From assembly GCA_964434885.1 (NCBI GenBank), contig CAYSWQ010000004.1, positions 5,702 through 55,220 of the forward strand: a stretch of DNA of 49,519 bases, in the 5' to 3' direction. The position numbers and the translations under genes are program-made. Below are positions 15,297-25,407 of the stretch, one piece after another; position 1 is the first letter of the stretch, and every line of letters starts with the position of its first letter. The notes under the pieces were generated by a model that saw only the letters and a list, made by a program, of their open reading frames with translations, had not been told where the DNA came from and did no database searches. This stretch comes from an uncultured Methanosarcinales archaeon (GTDB lineage Archaea; Nanobdellota; Nanobdellia; Woesearchaeales; GW2011-AR9).

Positions 15297-15298
15297 TT

Positions 15299-16783
15299 TT
15301 ATTTACCTCCTGAGTAATTTGGTGCATCTTTGGTTATCTGGATGTGATGTGGATGGGACTCGACTTGTCCTGCTCCAGAAAGACGCACAAAATCTGCTTT
15401 TTTTCTTAATTCATTCATATCAGCTGCCCCAACATATGCAGCTCCTGCTCTTAACCCCCCAACATACTGAGCAATAACATCAATTAATTTACCTTTGTAA
15501 GGAACTAGCCCTTCGACTCCTTCTGGTACTAATTTTTTACTGGTTTGTTGATACCGATCTCGAGAACCTTTGTGTTCCTGCATCGCTCCCAAAGAACCCA
15601 TTCCCCGATAACTTTTCCATTGTTGGCCGTCAACAAAAACTAACTCTCCTGGGGCTTCTTCAGTACCAGCCAACATGCTTCCCATCATTACTGAATGTGC
15701 TCCGGCCCCAATTGCAATTGGAATATCTCCAGACTGAGTCATTCCTCCATCAGCACAAATTGGTTCATCGGAAACACAAGCACACCGATAAACCGCATCT
15801 ACTTGAGGTGTTCCAACTCCCGCTACAATCCGAGTGGTACAGATAGAACCTGGGCCTTGACCCACTTTAGCTCCATCAGCTCCAGCATCAAGTAGATTGG
15901 AAACTGATTCTGGTTGAGAAATATTGCCTGCAACTACTTCTAACCCAGAATAATCTTTCTTTAGTATTCTTAATGTTTCTAAAACTGGTTTAGAATCTGC
16001 ATGGGCAGTATCAATAACTACAACATCAATATTTTCTTCTATTAATTTCTCTACTCTTTCAAAGGCATCATCGTATACACCAATTGCAGCGGCTACTCTT
16101 AACTGGCCTTGGTCATCTATATTATAAGACGAACCATTACCAAACTTAATTCTTTTAATATCACTTAAGACATAAAGACCAACAACCTGGCTTTGGTTAT
16201 CTACTAAAGGTAAAGATTTCTTCTTGTGTTTTTTCATCTGTTCATAAGCTTGGTCTAAGTTTAATGAAGGATTACCCACAAAAGGCCTTTCAGTCATAAT
16301 TTCTTCAACTCTAACAGAATAATCATCACAAAAATCAAAATCATCTTTGGTAATAATCCCCACTAAAGATCCAGAATCATTGATAACTGGGAAACTATGA
16401 AAAGAATAATCTTTTTGTTCTCGAAGATTAAGAACTTGTTCAACAGTGTTACCCCCATTAATACAAACTGGTTTTTTTATTTTACCATTTAAAAAATATT
16501 TTACTTTGGCTACCTGGTTAGCTTGTTCTTCAGGTGATAAATTTTTATGAATAACTCCTAAACCACCGAGAATTGCCATGGTTCTAGCAGTTTTATGTTC
16601 AGTAACAGTATCCATGGCAGCACTAACTAAAGGAATCTTTAAAGGAATGTTACGAGAAAACTTTGATTCCAAATTAATATCTGCTGGCATGGTTTCAGAG
16701 TAACCAGTTTTTAATTTTACATCTCCATAGGTTAAGGACAAACCCAAACGATCCATCTTTCTAAAAAAATCTTCTTTACTCAT
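15299..16783 (-). CDS. guaB: IMP dehydrogenase with CBS pair
   Basis: [18 protein letters not shown] (catalytic Cys), ADGG, YRGMGS; start moved to ATG 16783, downstream of GAGGTGA. Confidence 0.97.
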   Translation of the reverse strand: MSKEDFFRKMDRLGLSLTYGDVKLKTGYSETMPADINLESKFSRNIPLKIPLVSAAMDTVTEHKTARTMAILGGLGVIHKNLSPEEQANQVAKVKYFLNGKIKKPVCINGGNTVEQVLNLREQKDYSFHSFPVINDSGSLVGIITKDDFDFCDDYSVRVEEIMTERPFVGNPSLNLDQAYEQMKKHKKKSLPLVDNQSQVVGLYVLSDIKRIKFGNGSSYNIDDQGQLRVAAAIGVYDDAFERVEKLIEENIDVVVIDTAHADSKPVLETLRILKKDYSGLEVVAGNISQPESVSNLLDAGADGAKVGQGPGSICTTRIVAGVGTPQVDAVYRCACVSDEPICADGGMTQSGDIPIAIGAGAHSVMMGSMLAGTEEAPGELVFVDGQQWKSYRGMGSLGAMQEHKGSRDRYQQTSKKLVPEGVEGLVPYKGKLIDVIAQYVGGLRAGAAYVGAADMNELRKKADFVRLSGAGQVESHPHHIQITKDAPNYSGGK

Positions 16784-16797
16784 TTTTATCACCTCAT

Positions 16798-18309
16798 TTA
16801 TTTGTGTTTATGGAATTTATCTACTTCATCTTTAAGCCAATCTGGCCAGAATTCTTCATCAATAGGATAACTAGCATCTAAAGCTTGAAATGATCCTGGA
16901 CCAGTTACTTTTTCAATTCTTTCTTGAAGATTGAATTTAACTTTCAAATTATAATCTCTATCTTCAACATTTTTCAATCGAGTAATAAATAAATTAGCTA
17001 CTGCTTCATTAATTTCTTCAGTTGTTCTTCCATAAGGAGAATCTCCGTTAAAAGCCCGATGGACTGCTAATTCTTCTAGACATTCTCTTCCATTATGCCA
17101 ACCTTTGAAAGAAGGAAAAACCATGGGTGCATAAGAGATCCAAAATTCTAAGTCTTTTGCCCCACTATTGTAGACGACCCAAATAGAACCTCCTTCTCCG
17201 ACACTACCTTTAACAACACTATCATCACCCATGACAATTTTTTGATCCCTCAATAATGAATCGATTCCGCTAAATTTTAATCCTACTTCCATGGTTCGTT
17301 TTCTTCTTTCGGATTCTTGAAAAGTTCGTACTGCTTGAGCTAATTTGATAAGAGCTGGACGAAGTGGTTTTTTTAAACCATCGGCAATCCCTACAGATAC
17401 CCCCCATCCAGATTCAGGATTAGGGATGACAATGTCTGCGCCAGGATCACCATAAAGATCTACTAACTCTAAACCTAGTGCTCTTCTAATTTGTAAATTT
17501 TCTTTTCCCCTAAACATCGATGCCACATTACCGAAATAAACTCCTTGAAAAATATCTGGCATCGGTTCTTCTTCTCTTAATCTTCTAGTTTCTGGACCAT
17601 TGGAAAATGAACAAATGGTCATCTCTGCACCATCATATTCTCTTTCTATTCTAGTACCTAATCTTTTATGAGAGCAAGATTCTGAACTAACTACAAAATT
17701 TTCCCCTACTTTACCATAACATAAAGGCTCAAATGCTTTATCATCATTCAAAGTAACTAAACGTGTTTCTCTTCCATCATAAACCAAAGCAGACAAAGCA
17801 AAAGTGGCTCGACCATGTAATTTGTCTACTAATCTTTTACCAGCCTCAAAAGTTACTTTCCCATTTTCAGAAATATATTTATGTAATAATGCTCCAACGA
17901 CTTCAGTTTTATTTCCGGTTTCAAAATCATAATCTGCTTCTAATTCTGCTTTAATATCATCTTCCATTACTAAATAACCATCCATGGTCAAAACAACTTC
18001 GAAAGAAGAATTAGATTTGGGACAAATACGAATTGGTTCAGCGTTTCTTTCTTCGGGAATTTTATTTTTAGTGTAACCCACATTACCAATTGCTGCTACT
18101 GGTTCTAAATCTTGATAAGCTTGCATAATTTCAGGATTAATTACATCACCAATTCTTCCTAAACCTTTGTGAATGTAAATACCTTTTCCATTACCGACGG
18201 CAATTCCTGCGCTGGCTTTACCTCGATGTTGAACCATCCCAGTTACTAAAAAATTAGTCTGAACTAACTCTTTATCACCTAAACCATATACTCCTGTAAT
18301 CCCATCCAT
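16798..18309 (-). CDS. purF: Amidophosphoribosyltransferase homolog with degenerate glutaminase domain
   Basis: QHRGKASAGI, IPNPESG, RTFQ, GDDSVVKG PRT loop; N-terminus MDGITG instead of MCGI. Confidence 0.88.
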   Translation of the reverse strand: MDGITGVYGLGDKELVQTNFLVTGMVQHRGKASAGIAVGNGKGIYIHKGLGRIGDVINPEIMQAYQDLEPVAAIGNVGYTKNKIPEERNAEPIRICPKSNSSFEVVLTMDGYLVMEDDIKAELEADYDFETGNKTEVVGALLHKYISENGKVTFEAGKRLVDKLHGRATFALSALVYDGRETRLVTLNDDKAFEPLCYGKVGENFVVSSESCSHKRLGTRIEREYDGAEMTICSFSNGPETRRLREEEPMPDIFQGVYFGNVASMFRGKENLQIRRALGLELVDLYGDPGADIVIPNPESGWGVSVGIADGLKKPLRPALIKLAQAVRTFQESERRKRTMEVGLKFSGIDSLLRDQKIVMGDDSVVKGSVGEGGSIWVVYNSGAKDLEFWISYAPMVFPSFKGWHNGRECLEELAVHRAFNGDSPYGRTTEEINEAVANLFITRLKNVEDRDYNLKVKFNLQERIEKVTGPGSFQALDASYPIDEEFWPDWLKDEVDKFHKHK

Positions 18310-18323
18310 TTTATTTACCTCAC

Positions 18324-19649
18324 CTACATTATCTTATGTCCAAAGAACCTTCTACCTGTTGGTTTCTTTCCAGTTTTTGGATCTTTCTTTTTGTTTCTGT
18401 ATAATTCGTACTGCTCTGGAGTCATGGTAAAAACCATGGGAATATTATGCTCTCGAGCTAATCTCTTGACTAGTGCATCACCCATACATCCACCAGGTTG
18501 GACTACAACCTTGGGAATCAAAGCAGAATCATAGCCTGGGTTAAAATTGTCTCTTTTCGGGATGAAAGTTTCTTTACCTTTGCGATAAGTAAATTCCCGA
18601 GCTCCAAATTGAGGGTTAAGACGATCAATGCCAGTAGTTTCCACAAAGCCATCTGGTTTGGGATAAAAAGCATCCGAAAAAGCAACTAATTCCAATGGTG
18701 TCTTGATAACTCCTTCAAAATCTTTTCGAGTAAAAGGTGTGTCATATAACACCCGAGCCCATTCTTTTTCATCACCAGCACTCAATGCAGCATAGACTGA
18801 ATCTTCTAACATATTTCTTGCTTTACGAGCAGCTACTACTCGTGCACCACATCCATCTCCTAAACCAGCAATAGCTCCATCGTGCACATAAAAGATTAGA
18901 TTTGAAGATAAATAAATCGCCGCATTGCCGGCAAAACCTATGTCATCAACAAGTTGTGTTCCTAATTGGTTGATGTTAGAATCTTCGTCTTTTTTTCTTC
19001 GGACTAGCACAGCTTCTTTTTGTACATCAAATGGTTTTTCTCTTTCTTGGATGAGGAAATTTCCTTGAGCCACTGGATCTAAAGTGTATCCCCAAGGATC
19101 AATGTCTTGCATAGATAATTCTCCAGTATGAATTAAAAAACGATTAGCATGAGAACCAATCTGAGAATCATTACTTAATAATTCAGCAGTTCCTTTTTCA
19201 TAACTAGGAGCAACGACTGCTTCTAAAAAGACGCGATCTAAAAATTGAGCAGTTTCATATTCTAATTCAGTGTTTAAGGCCCAAACTCCGCCAAAAGGAG
19301 AATTAACATCTCCGGCTACGGCTTTGATTACTGCTTCTAATTGAGTTTTACCCTTCGCTAAAACAACTGGACGAGTATGTTTGGCGGCGACAGCTAAATA
19401 AGGTGTATTTGTATCTTGATAAATTTCATTTAGGCCCACACTAGTTCTTAAACAAGCACTAATATCTCCAATGTTAGTCCAACCAGGAAGACGAGCTTGT
19501 TTTCCCAGATCTTGCTCTGCAGAATACAAAGGTTTACCGCGAGGATTGATTTTGCTATCGTGATAACCAACCATTAATTGGGAAGCGAGATGTCCATTTT
19601 CTCCCCCTTTGAGTTCCAAAAATTCTTCCATGGAAATTAAATAACCCAT
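18324..19649 (-). CDS. purH: Stand-alone AICAR transformylase (PurH C-terminal domain), divergent
   Basis: AKHTRP, SPFGG, EAVVAPSY, SDAFYP, VVQPGG, GRRFFGH; no IMP cyclohydrolase/MGS domain. Confidence 0.85.
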   Translation of the reverse strand: MGYLISMEEFLELKGGENGHLASQLMVGYHDSKINPRGKPLYSAEQDLGKQARLPGWTNIGDISACLRTSVGLNEIYQDTNTPYLAVAAKHTRPVVLAKGKTQLEAVIKAVAGDVNSPFGGVWALNTELEYETAQFLDRVFLEAVVAPSYEKGTAELLSNDSQIGSHANRFLIHTGELSMQDIDPWGYTLDPVAQGNFLIQEREKPFDVQKEAVLVRRKKDEDSNINQLGTQLVDDIGFAGNAAIYLSSNLIFYVHDGAIAGLGDGCGARVVAARKARNMLEDSVYAALSAGDEKEWARVLYDTPFTRKDFEGVIKTPLELVAFSDAFYPKPDGFVETTGIDRLNPQFGAREFTYRKGKETFIPKRDNFNPGYDSALIPKVVVQPGGCMGDALVKRLAREHNIPMVFTMTPEQYELYRNKKKDPKTGKKPTGRRFFGHKIM

Positions 19650-19651
19650 TT

Positions 19652-20524
19652 TTATTTACCTCTTTCATATTTGTTTTTTACATTAAAGAAAAGTTCGCCC
19701 TCATTTCTGTCTCGGAAAACAGAAACTACTCCTACCCTAAGATCATCATTAGAAATGACAGCTCCTTCTTTTGGTCCTAATGAATCATAGATCTGATGAG
19801 TTAGTTCTCCGGGCCCAAATTGAGTTAAAGGAATTTCTAACGGACTTCCAGAAAAATGAGGGATTGGTTTATGTGATTCAACATTTTCTCCAGTATAAGT
19901 AGGCAACATACGTGCCTGGCCAGCATTGAGTGGAAAATTAAAATATTGTCTCTCGGCTTGACCGTGATTAGAAAAAATAATACACATGGCTGCTTGATCT
20001 TGACCTAAAACTGCACTAATTCTGGGAGTGTTAGTAGGATAATCTGGTTCAAAGGAAGTAAGATCAATTCTTTTAAAGTTTAGATTTCCATGTTCATCTT
20101 GATAGAAATTATCCATCATTACTGGGCCATTTTCAAAAGAAGTCATTAACAAATCTAAAGGCTCGGGATTTGTTCCTTGATTTCTTAATCTCTGATGAAT
20201 TTTAAAGATGTGATTAGTTTGAGCACCATTAGAGATTACAATATTGCCGTTATCCAATAGATCTAACGCAGTATAATAAATTAAAGCAGGATTACCTTGT
20301 CCAGGTTTAGCATCAGTTGAAGGAACAATGTCAACCATACCGTTAGTTTCATTTAATTCTAAAAATCTAGCTCTGCTTCCTGGGCTTCTACCAGTAGGAA
20401 AATAAGCAGCGACATCATATTTTTCATCTGGAGTACGACCAACAATAATTGCTCTTCCCCAGTATTCTCCTTGAACAAGCGGTTCAATGGAAGTAATATT
20501 TTTTTCAATCAATTCTATTGTCAT
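19652..20524 (-). CDS. purO: IMP cyclohydrolase, PurO-like Ntn family
   Basis: YWGRAIIVG, AYFPTGRSPGSRAR, LIYY, SNGAQT, FEPDYPTNTPRISA. Confidence 0.87.
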   Translation of the reverse strand: MTIELIEKNITSIEPLVQGEYWGRAIIVGRTPDEKYDVAAYFPTGRSPGSRARFLELNETNGMVDIVPSTDAKPGQGNPALIYYTALDLLDNGNIVISNGAQTNHIFKIHQRLRNQGTNPEPLDLLMTSFENGPVMMDNFYQDEHGNLNFKRIDLTSFEPDYPTNTPRISAVLGQDQAAMCIIFSNHGQAERQYFNFPLNAGQARMLPTYTGENVESHKPIPHFSGSPLEIPLTQFGPGELTHQIYDSLGPKEGAVISNDDLRVGVVSVFRDRNEGELFFNVKNKYERGK

Positions 20525-20528
20525 TTTA

Positions 20529-21986
20529 TTATACCTCTATGTTTGAATTACTTTTTCCAATCAATTCTTCATATTCATCTAAAGCTGGACCAACCTGCTC
20601 TACTAGAAAATCTTCCACTTGTTGTTCTGCTGCCCCAGCAAATTTTTCTGGATGTTCCAGATACTCATTTAATTCTACTTCAGTTAAAGGAAAGGCTTTG
20701 TCTTCCCCTAATCTAGTAAATAAATCATTATCTCTACCTTCTTCTTTGATAGCTTTACCAGCAGCAAAAGAATGTTGTTTAATTATTTCATGTAAATCTT
20801 GACGGTCATAACCTTCTTTAACTAAATCCATTATAATTTCTTCACTAGCCATAAAAGGTAATTCTTCATTCAATAATTTTCGTAATCTTTGAGGATAAAA
20901 AGTTAATTTATTTCTATCTGGATGGTCTTTTTGATCAGTAATATTGTTGCCTAAAATCAAACTAGCGTCAGTTAATAAAAAAGCTTGAGGAATATCTATC
21001 CGCCGAATAGCAGAATCATCCAAAGTTCTTTCAAACCATTGGTTAGCTGCAGTGTCATAAAAATTAGGAACTAAATTTCTTAATTTTCTAGTCAAGCCAC
21101 TTAACCTTTCACTACGCATTGGATTTCTTTTGTAAGGCATAGCACTACTGCCTGTTTGATTTAATTCAAAAGGTTCATCCACACATTTTTGGTTAGAAAG
21201 TAACCTAAGATCTCCAGCAAATTTACCTAAAGAAACACCAATGCCGGCTAAAGCTTCAGCTACTTTAGAATCAAATTTTCTGGGATACGTCTGTCCAGTT
21301 ACTGGAAAAACATCTTCAAAACCTAATTTTTGAGCCACCAAAAGATCTAATTCTCTAACTTTGGAATAATTGCCATCAAATAATTTCAAATAACTAGCTT
21401 GAGTACCGACAGTTCCTTTGGCACCTCTTGCTCGAAAATCAAGATTGTCGATAGCTTCTAAATCCATCAATAAATCTTGGATATATAAAGTCATTCTTTT
21501 TCCGATAGTGGTTGGTTGGGCAGGTTGATAATGGGTGTATCCCAGGCACACTAAATCTTTGGTTTCTTCTGCCACCATAGCCAGATTATAAATAAGATTA
21601 ACTAAGCCAGTTTTTACTAATTTAGTAGCTTCGCGCATTTGAATTAAATCCGTATTGCAACCAACAAATTGAGAAGTTGCCCCTAAGTGAATAATTCCTT
21701 TGGCATTTGGACATTGTCGACCATATTCATAAACGTGGGCCATTACATCATGTCGAATTTCTTTTTCTTTTGCTTGAGCAATAGCATAATCAATGGTTTG
21801 TTGTCCAGCTTGCATTTCTTCAACTAGTTCGGGAGTGATTCTTTCTAAACCAAGTTCCATCTGCGCTTCAGCTAAAGCGGTCCAACATTTTCTCCAAGTT
21901 TTAAATTTAAAATCTGGAGAAAAAAGATACTGCATCTCTTTGCTAGTGTATCTGCTGACTAAAGGTTCTTGATATTGTTCATTCAT
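20529..21986 (-). CDS. purB: Adenylosuccinate lyase
   Basis: PLVSRYTSKEM, RHDVMAH, HLGATS, THYQPAQ, GSSAMPYKRNPMRSE. Confidence 0.97.
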   Translation of the reverse strand: MNEQYQEPLVSRYTSKEMQYLFSPDFKFKTWRKCWTALAEAQMELGLERITPELVEEMQAGQQTIDYAIAQAKEKEIRHDVMAHVYEYGRQCPNAKGIIHLGATSQFVGCNTDLIQMREATKLVKTGLVNLIYNLAMVAEETKDLVCLGYTHYQPAQPTTIGKRMTLYIQDLLMDLEAIDNLDFRARGAKGTVGTQASYLKLFDGNYSKVRELDLLVAQKLGFEDVFPVTGQTYPRKFDSKVAEALAGIGVSLGKFAGDLRLLSNQKCVDEPFELNQTGSSAMPYKRNPMRSERLSGLTRKLRNLVPNFYDTAANQWFERTLDDSAIRRIDIPQAFLLTDASLILGNNITDQKDHPDRNKLTFYPQRLRKLLNEELPFMASEEIIMDLVKEGYDRQDLHEIIKQHSFAAGKAIKEEGRDNDLFTRLGEDKAFPLTEVELNEYLEHPEKFAGAAEQQVEDFLVEQVGPALDEYEELIGKSNSNIEV

Positions 21987-23086
21987 TGTAAATTCATCAC
22001 CACTTTTTGCAAACCATCGACTACTCTTTCATCTCTTGGTCTCATATCTGGTTCAAATCTTTTTCCCAGTAAATGTTGAATCCCTTCAATGTACCTAATT
22101 CCAATTTCAATTCTTTGTTCATCTGTGTAGCCAGAATCTCCCTGAGAAAAACCTCGGGCAAATTCTTTGGAATAAGATACAGGATTAACTTCTTCTATTT
22201 TTCCAGCAATCCGATTTGCTAATTGGGTTTGATAATCTTCCAATTTCCAAAAGCGAGAAGAATCCATCGTGTATAATTCATCTTGAGAAACAATCTCTCC
22301 ATCTTGATTAAGACCATGTTCGGTTTTAGTGTCAACTAGAATTAATCCTTTGTCTAATAAAAACTGAGTTACCATACCAAAAGCAACTAGAGAACTATTG
22401 ATGATCTGAGTATATTGGGCCCCGGTACAAATTCCCTTTTCAAGCAAGTATTTAGGAGAGACTGACTCGTCATGTAAATCTGATTTAGTGGAAGGGGTAT
22501 CCATCACATAAGGTAAATGTTCGTTTGTAAGTAGGCCTTCTGGTAATTTGTGTCCACAAAATTCTCTTTTGCCTTGGACATAATGTTGGTATAAAGAAGT
22601 AGAAGTGGAACTTTTTGCCATAAATGCCCTTAAAACATTTTCTAAACCAATTTGTGTTAGATTTTCCGCGGCAATTACTACAGCATTAGGATCAGTTAAG
22701 TTATATTGGGAAATTCCCAAGGTGTCCTGAACCATCTCTCGCATGAAATTATGGTTTAAAGCTAGGATTTGATCTTTGAAGGGGATTTCTCCTCGAGTGA
22801 TATCATGAGTAGAAATCCGAGGCGTTCTAACCATTATCCGAGCTGGTCGGTCAAACATACGTAAAGGAGAATTAACAAAATCTACTGTTTGGTCCTCCTT
22901 TTTGAAAGATCCTCGGCCACCAAAAACAGAATCCGAAACTTTTCCCGGTTTTACTTGATAGCCTTTTAGTTCAGGAATTTCTCCAGAATCAATGATTTCT
23001 TGAGTAGAAGAAATAGTTCCTTCTTGAGCAATATACTTTTCAACCAAATCTCTGGCTTGATTGGTAGTTAGTAATTCTTTATTCAT
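21983..23086 (-). CDS. purC: SAICAR synthetase
   Basis: GKVSD, RISTHD, IPFKDQIL, TPSTK, LVDTKTEHG, DELYTMDSSRFW, SKEFAR; start at ATG 23086 after SD. Confidence 0.93.
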   Translation of the reverse strand: MNKELLTTNQARDLVEKYIAQEGTISSTQEIIDSGEIPELKGYQVKPGKVSDSVFGGRGSFKKEDQTVDFVNSPLRMFDRPARIMVRTPRISTHDITRGEIPFKDQILALNHNFMREMVQDTLGISQYNLTDPNAVVIAAENLTQIGLENVLRAFMAKSSTSTSLYQHYVQGKREFCGHKLPEGLLTNEHLPYVMDTPSTKSDLHDESVSPKYLLEKGICTGAQYTQIINSSLVAFGMVTQFLLDKGLILVDTKTEHGLNQDGEIVSQDELYTMDSSRFWKLEDYQTQLANRIAGKIEEVNPVSYSKEFARGFSQGDSGYTDEQRIEIGIRYIEGIQHLLGKRFEPDMRPRDERVVDGLQKVVMNLQ

Positions 23087-23087
23087 T

Positions 23088-23633
23088 TTATTCACCTCTT
23101 AAACGAGCCAAATATTTTTGGCCGATTCTTTCATTGTCTCGATGTAAATTCATTTCTTTAGTAGCATTAGTTTGAAATAATATATCTCGATACTCTGGAT
23201 TGTGGTGAGAAAACATTTGAGCTGCGAACCTCCCCACATTTGCAGGTTTGGCAACATAAGCGTTTGAACTACCTGGGGGATTTGTTAAACAAGATTCATT
23301 TCTCCCGTCTGGAGGACAGCTAACTACTGGATGAACAGATTTCCAAGAAGCAGTACCAGATAAAGCATCAGTTCCACCAGCTACCCCCACTATCAAGACT
23401 GGATGATCTAAACCATTGTACTCATGGAGTACTTGATCTAGCTCTGCTGCTTGTTTGTGGGCAGAAGCAATGTGAACTCCATAAGGGATATCAAATTTCT
23501 CTAAACTAGAAACAATCTGTTCGATATGTGATGGCTTATCTCCTTTTGGTTGGTCATCACTACCTGAACCAGCTAAAATGGCAACGTAACCTTTGCCTTC
23601 TTCAATTTTTTCTATTAAATATTCGTCTATCAT
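23088..23633 (-). CDS. purE: AIR carboxylase, class II-like PurE
   Basis: GSGSD, SAHK, VAGGTDALSG, PVVSCPP; start at ATG 23633 after SD. Confidence 0.9.
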   Translation of the reverse strand: MIDEYLIEKIEEGKGYVAILAGSGSDDQPKGDKPSHIEQIVSSLEKFDIPYGVHIASAHKQAAELDQVLHEYNGLDHPVLIVGVAGGTDALSGTASWKSVHPVVSCPPDGRNESCLTNPPGSSNAYVAKPANVGRFAAQMFSHHNPEYRDILFQTNATKEMNLHRDNERIGQKYLARLRGE

Positions 23634-23642
23634 TTTTATCAC

Positions 23643-24563
23643 CTAACAAATTTTTAATTCTCGAGCATATGGAGTTAATACGGGATCAGTTCCTCCTAAT
23701 TTGAAATATTTTTGTAATTCATGTACTGAATTCAAATTATTCAGTAGCGTTGCTTGAGTTACTTTACTTACTCCTTTATTTGAAACATAATCAGCAATTA
23801 AAGTTACATCTGATTCAAAATCTCCAGCTACATCAATAACTAAAGAGTTGGGTTTAACATCCTCTGCTTTAATTTTAAATCCTGGTTTGCCTACCGCACT
23901 AACTAAGATATCTGCTTGAGACATTAAATGTTTGAGATAATCGGGAGGAGAGTTTTCATCAACTGGTGTAACAGTAGCTTTTTCATTTCTAAACATTAAA
24001 GATAAAGGCAACCCAACTATGTGGGTGTAATTGACAACCACCACCTTATGGCCTTTTAGATAACCTTCTTGTTTTTGATAATCTTCTTGAAAAAAATCCG
24101 AGTGGAAGTGACGCTCACAAATCTTCATTACTGCTTTAGGCGTACAAGGGACAATTAATTTTGGTTCAGTTTGGTTTTCTACTGTTTTTCGATAATGGGT
24201 GAGATCTCCCATCCAGCTAGGGTGTAAACCTTCAACATCTTTTAAGGGATTTATGTGATACATAATCTTTTGATCCAAACTAGCATCAGAACCAAAAGGA
24301 TGTAGAACGAACAAACCAGTGACCACTGGATTTTTTTCATACGCTCTAATGGCTGATTCAATATCTTTTTCATTTACTTTTTCTCGACTAATAGTTACTC
24401 TAATTTGTTGACAATTAGATACCATATAATCGGCATATTCTTGAGACTCTGGATTTGATTCAGGGTGTTCTAAAAGAATCATTACTGGATCATATTCGGC
24501 AAATTGTGGTTTGACTTTTCTTAAATAATGTTTAGCAATCTTCCCCACAAATTTTTTAGTCAT
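23643..24563 (-). CDS. folD: Methylenetetrahydrofolate dehydrogenase, FolD family, resembling the monofunctional MTD1 type
   Basis: KDVEGLHP, VPCTPKAV, ADILVSAVG, VIDVA, SKVTQATLLNNL. Confidence 0.85.
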   Translation of the reverse strand: MTKKFVGKIAKHYLRKVKPQFAEYDPVMILLEHPESNPESQEYADYMVSNCQQIRVTISREKVNEKDIESAIRAYEKNPVVTGLFVLHPFGSDASLDQKIMYHINPLKDVEGLHPSWMGDLTHYRKTVENQTEPKLIVPCTPKAVMKICERHFHSDFFQEDYQKQEGYLKGHKVVVVNYTHIVGLPLSLMFRNEKATVTPVDENSPPDYLKHLMSQADILVSAVGKPGFKIKAEDVKPNSLVIDVAGDFESDVTLIADYVSNKGVSKVTQATLLNNLNSVHELQKYFKLGGTDPVLTPYARELKIC

Positions 24564-24567
24564 TTTA

Positions 24568-25407
24568 TTACCTCACCATATAGCCACCATAAGGCATTGG
24601 TTTTCCATCAACATAAACTCTTCTCCATTCTTGAAAAAAAGATTTTTCGTTTCCTAAAGCAATTCGGCCTTCCGCAATCAAACTTAAAGCAGTTGTTAAA
24701 GCTGGCCAATCACTTTCTTTTTTCTGTCTTTCTTGATGGCCGTCAGAAACATCATTTCCATTGACATATTCGCGAAGTAACAAAGGATCACGAAAATGAT
24801 ATTCTACTTTCACTAAAGGACCACTAGTAATTATTTCACCATGGTCTTCTCCATCATCAACGATAATAACAGAGGATCTTGTTGCTGGTTCGGCCGCTAA
24901 GATGGCATCATAAACAGCATCGGCTCCGATAAACTTTCTTGATTTTCTAGGTTCTAAATCATTTAGAATCGTTAGGTCAGCTGGATGAACATTGATTATT
25001 TTATCTGGATAAGAATCGAGTAATGGTTGTTTAACTAATCTCATGTAACCCCCCAAGACAATTAAATCAATTTCTTTTTTTTGTTCATCTTCAAAGCGAT
25101 GTAAACCATCAACAATCATCTGATTATATTGTAGGCTTCTTCTTTGGTATTCAGCAATTTTATTTGGGTCGTGTTGAGCTTTTTTCCAACTGCCACAGAA
25201 TTTAAATCCACTAACTCCTAAATCTAATCGCGGAGTGTCTAATAATTCTTCCAATTGGAATAAAGAAGGTTTTTTCTTATCAGAAAAGATTAATCGAGGA
25301 GGAATTATTTTAGCACATTGTTGTAAGTTGGTGCCGCTACCAGAACCAAATCCAACCCAGCAAAAATCTTCTGGTTTTCCTGAATATAATGGGGTGGTTT
25401 TATCCAT
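24568..25407 (-). CDS. purN: Phosphoribosylglycinamide formyltransferase (folate-dependent)
   Basis: GSGSGTNL, LIVLGGYMRLV, IINVHPA, DDGEDHGEII. Confidence 0.9.
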   Translation of the reverse strand: MDKTTPLYSGKPEDFCWVGFGSGSGTNLQQCAKIIPPRLIFSDKKKPSLFQLEELLDTPRLDLGVSGFKFCGSWKKAQHDPNKIAEYQRRSLQYNQMIVDGLHRFEDEQKKEIDLIVLGGYMRLVKQPLLDSYPDKIINVHPADLTILNDLEPRKSRKFIGADAVYDAILAAEPATRSSVIIVDDGEDHGEIITSGPLVKVEYHFRDPLLLREYVNGNDVSDGHQERQKKESDWPALTTALSLIAEGRIALGNEKSFFQEWRRVYVDGKPMPYGGYMVR

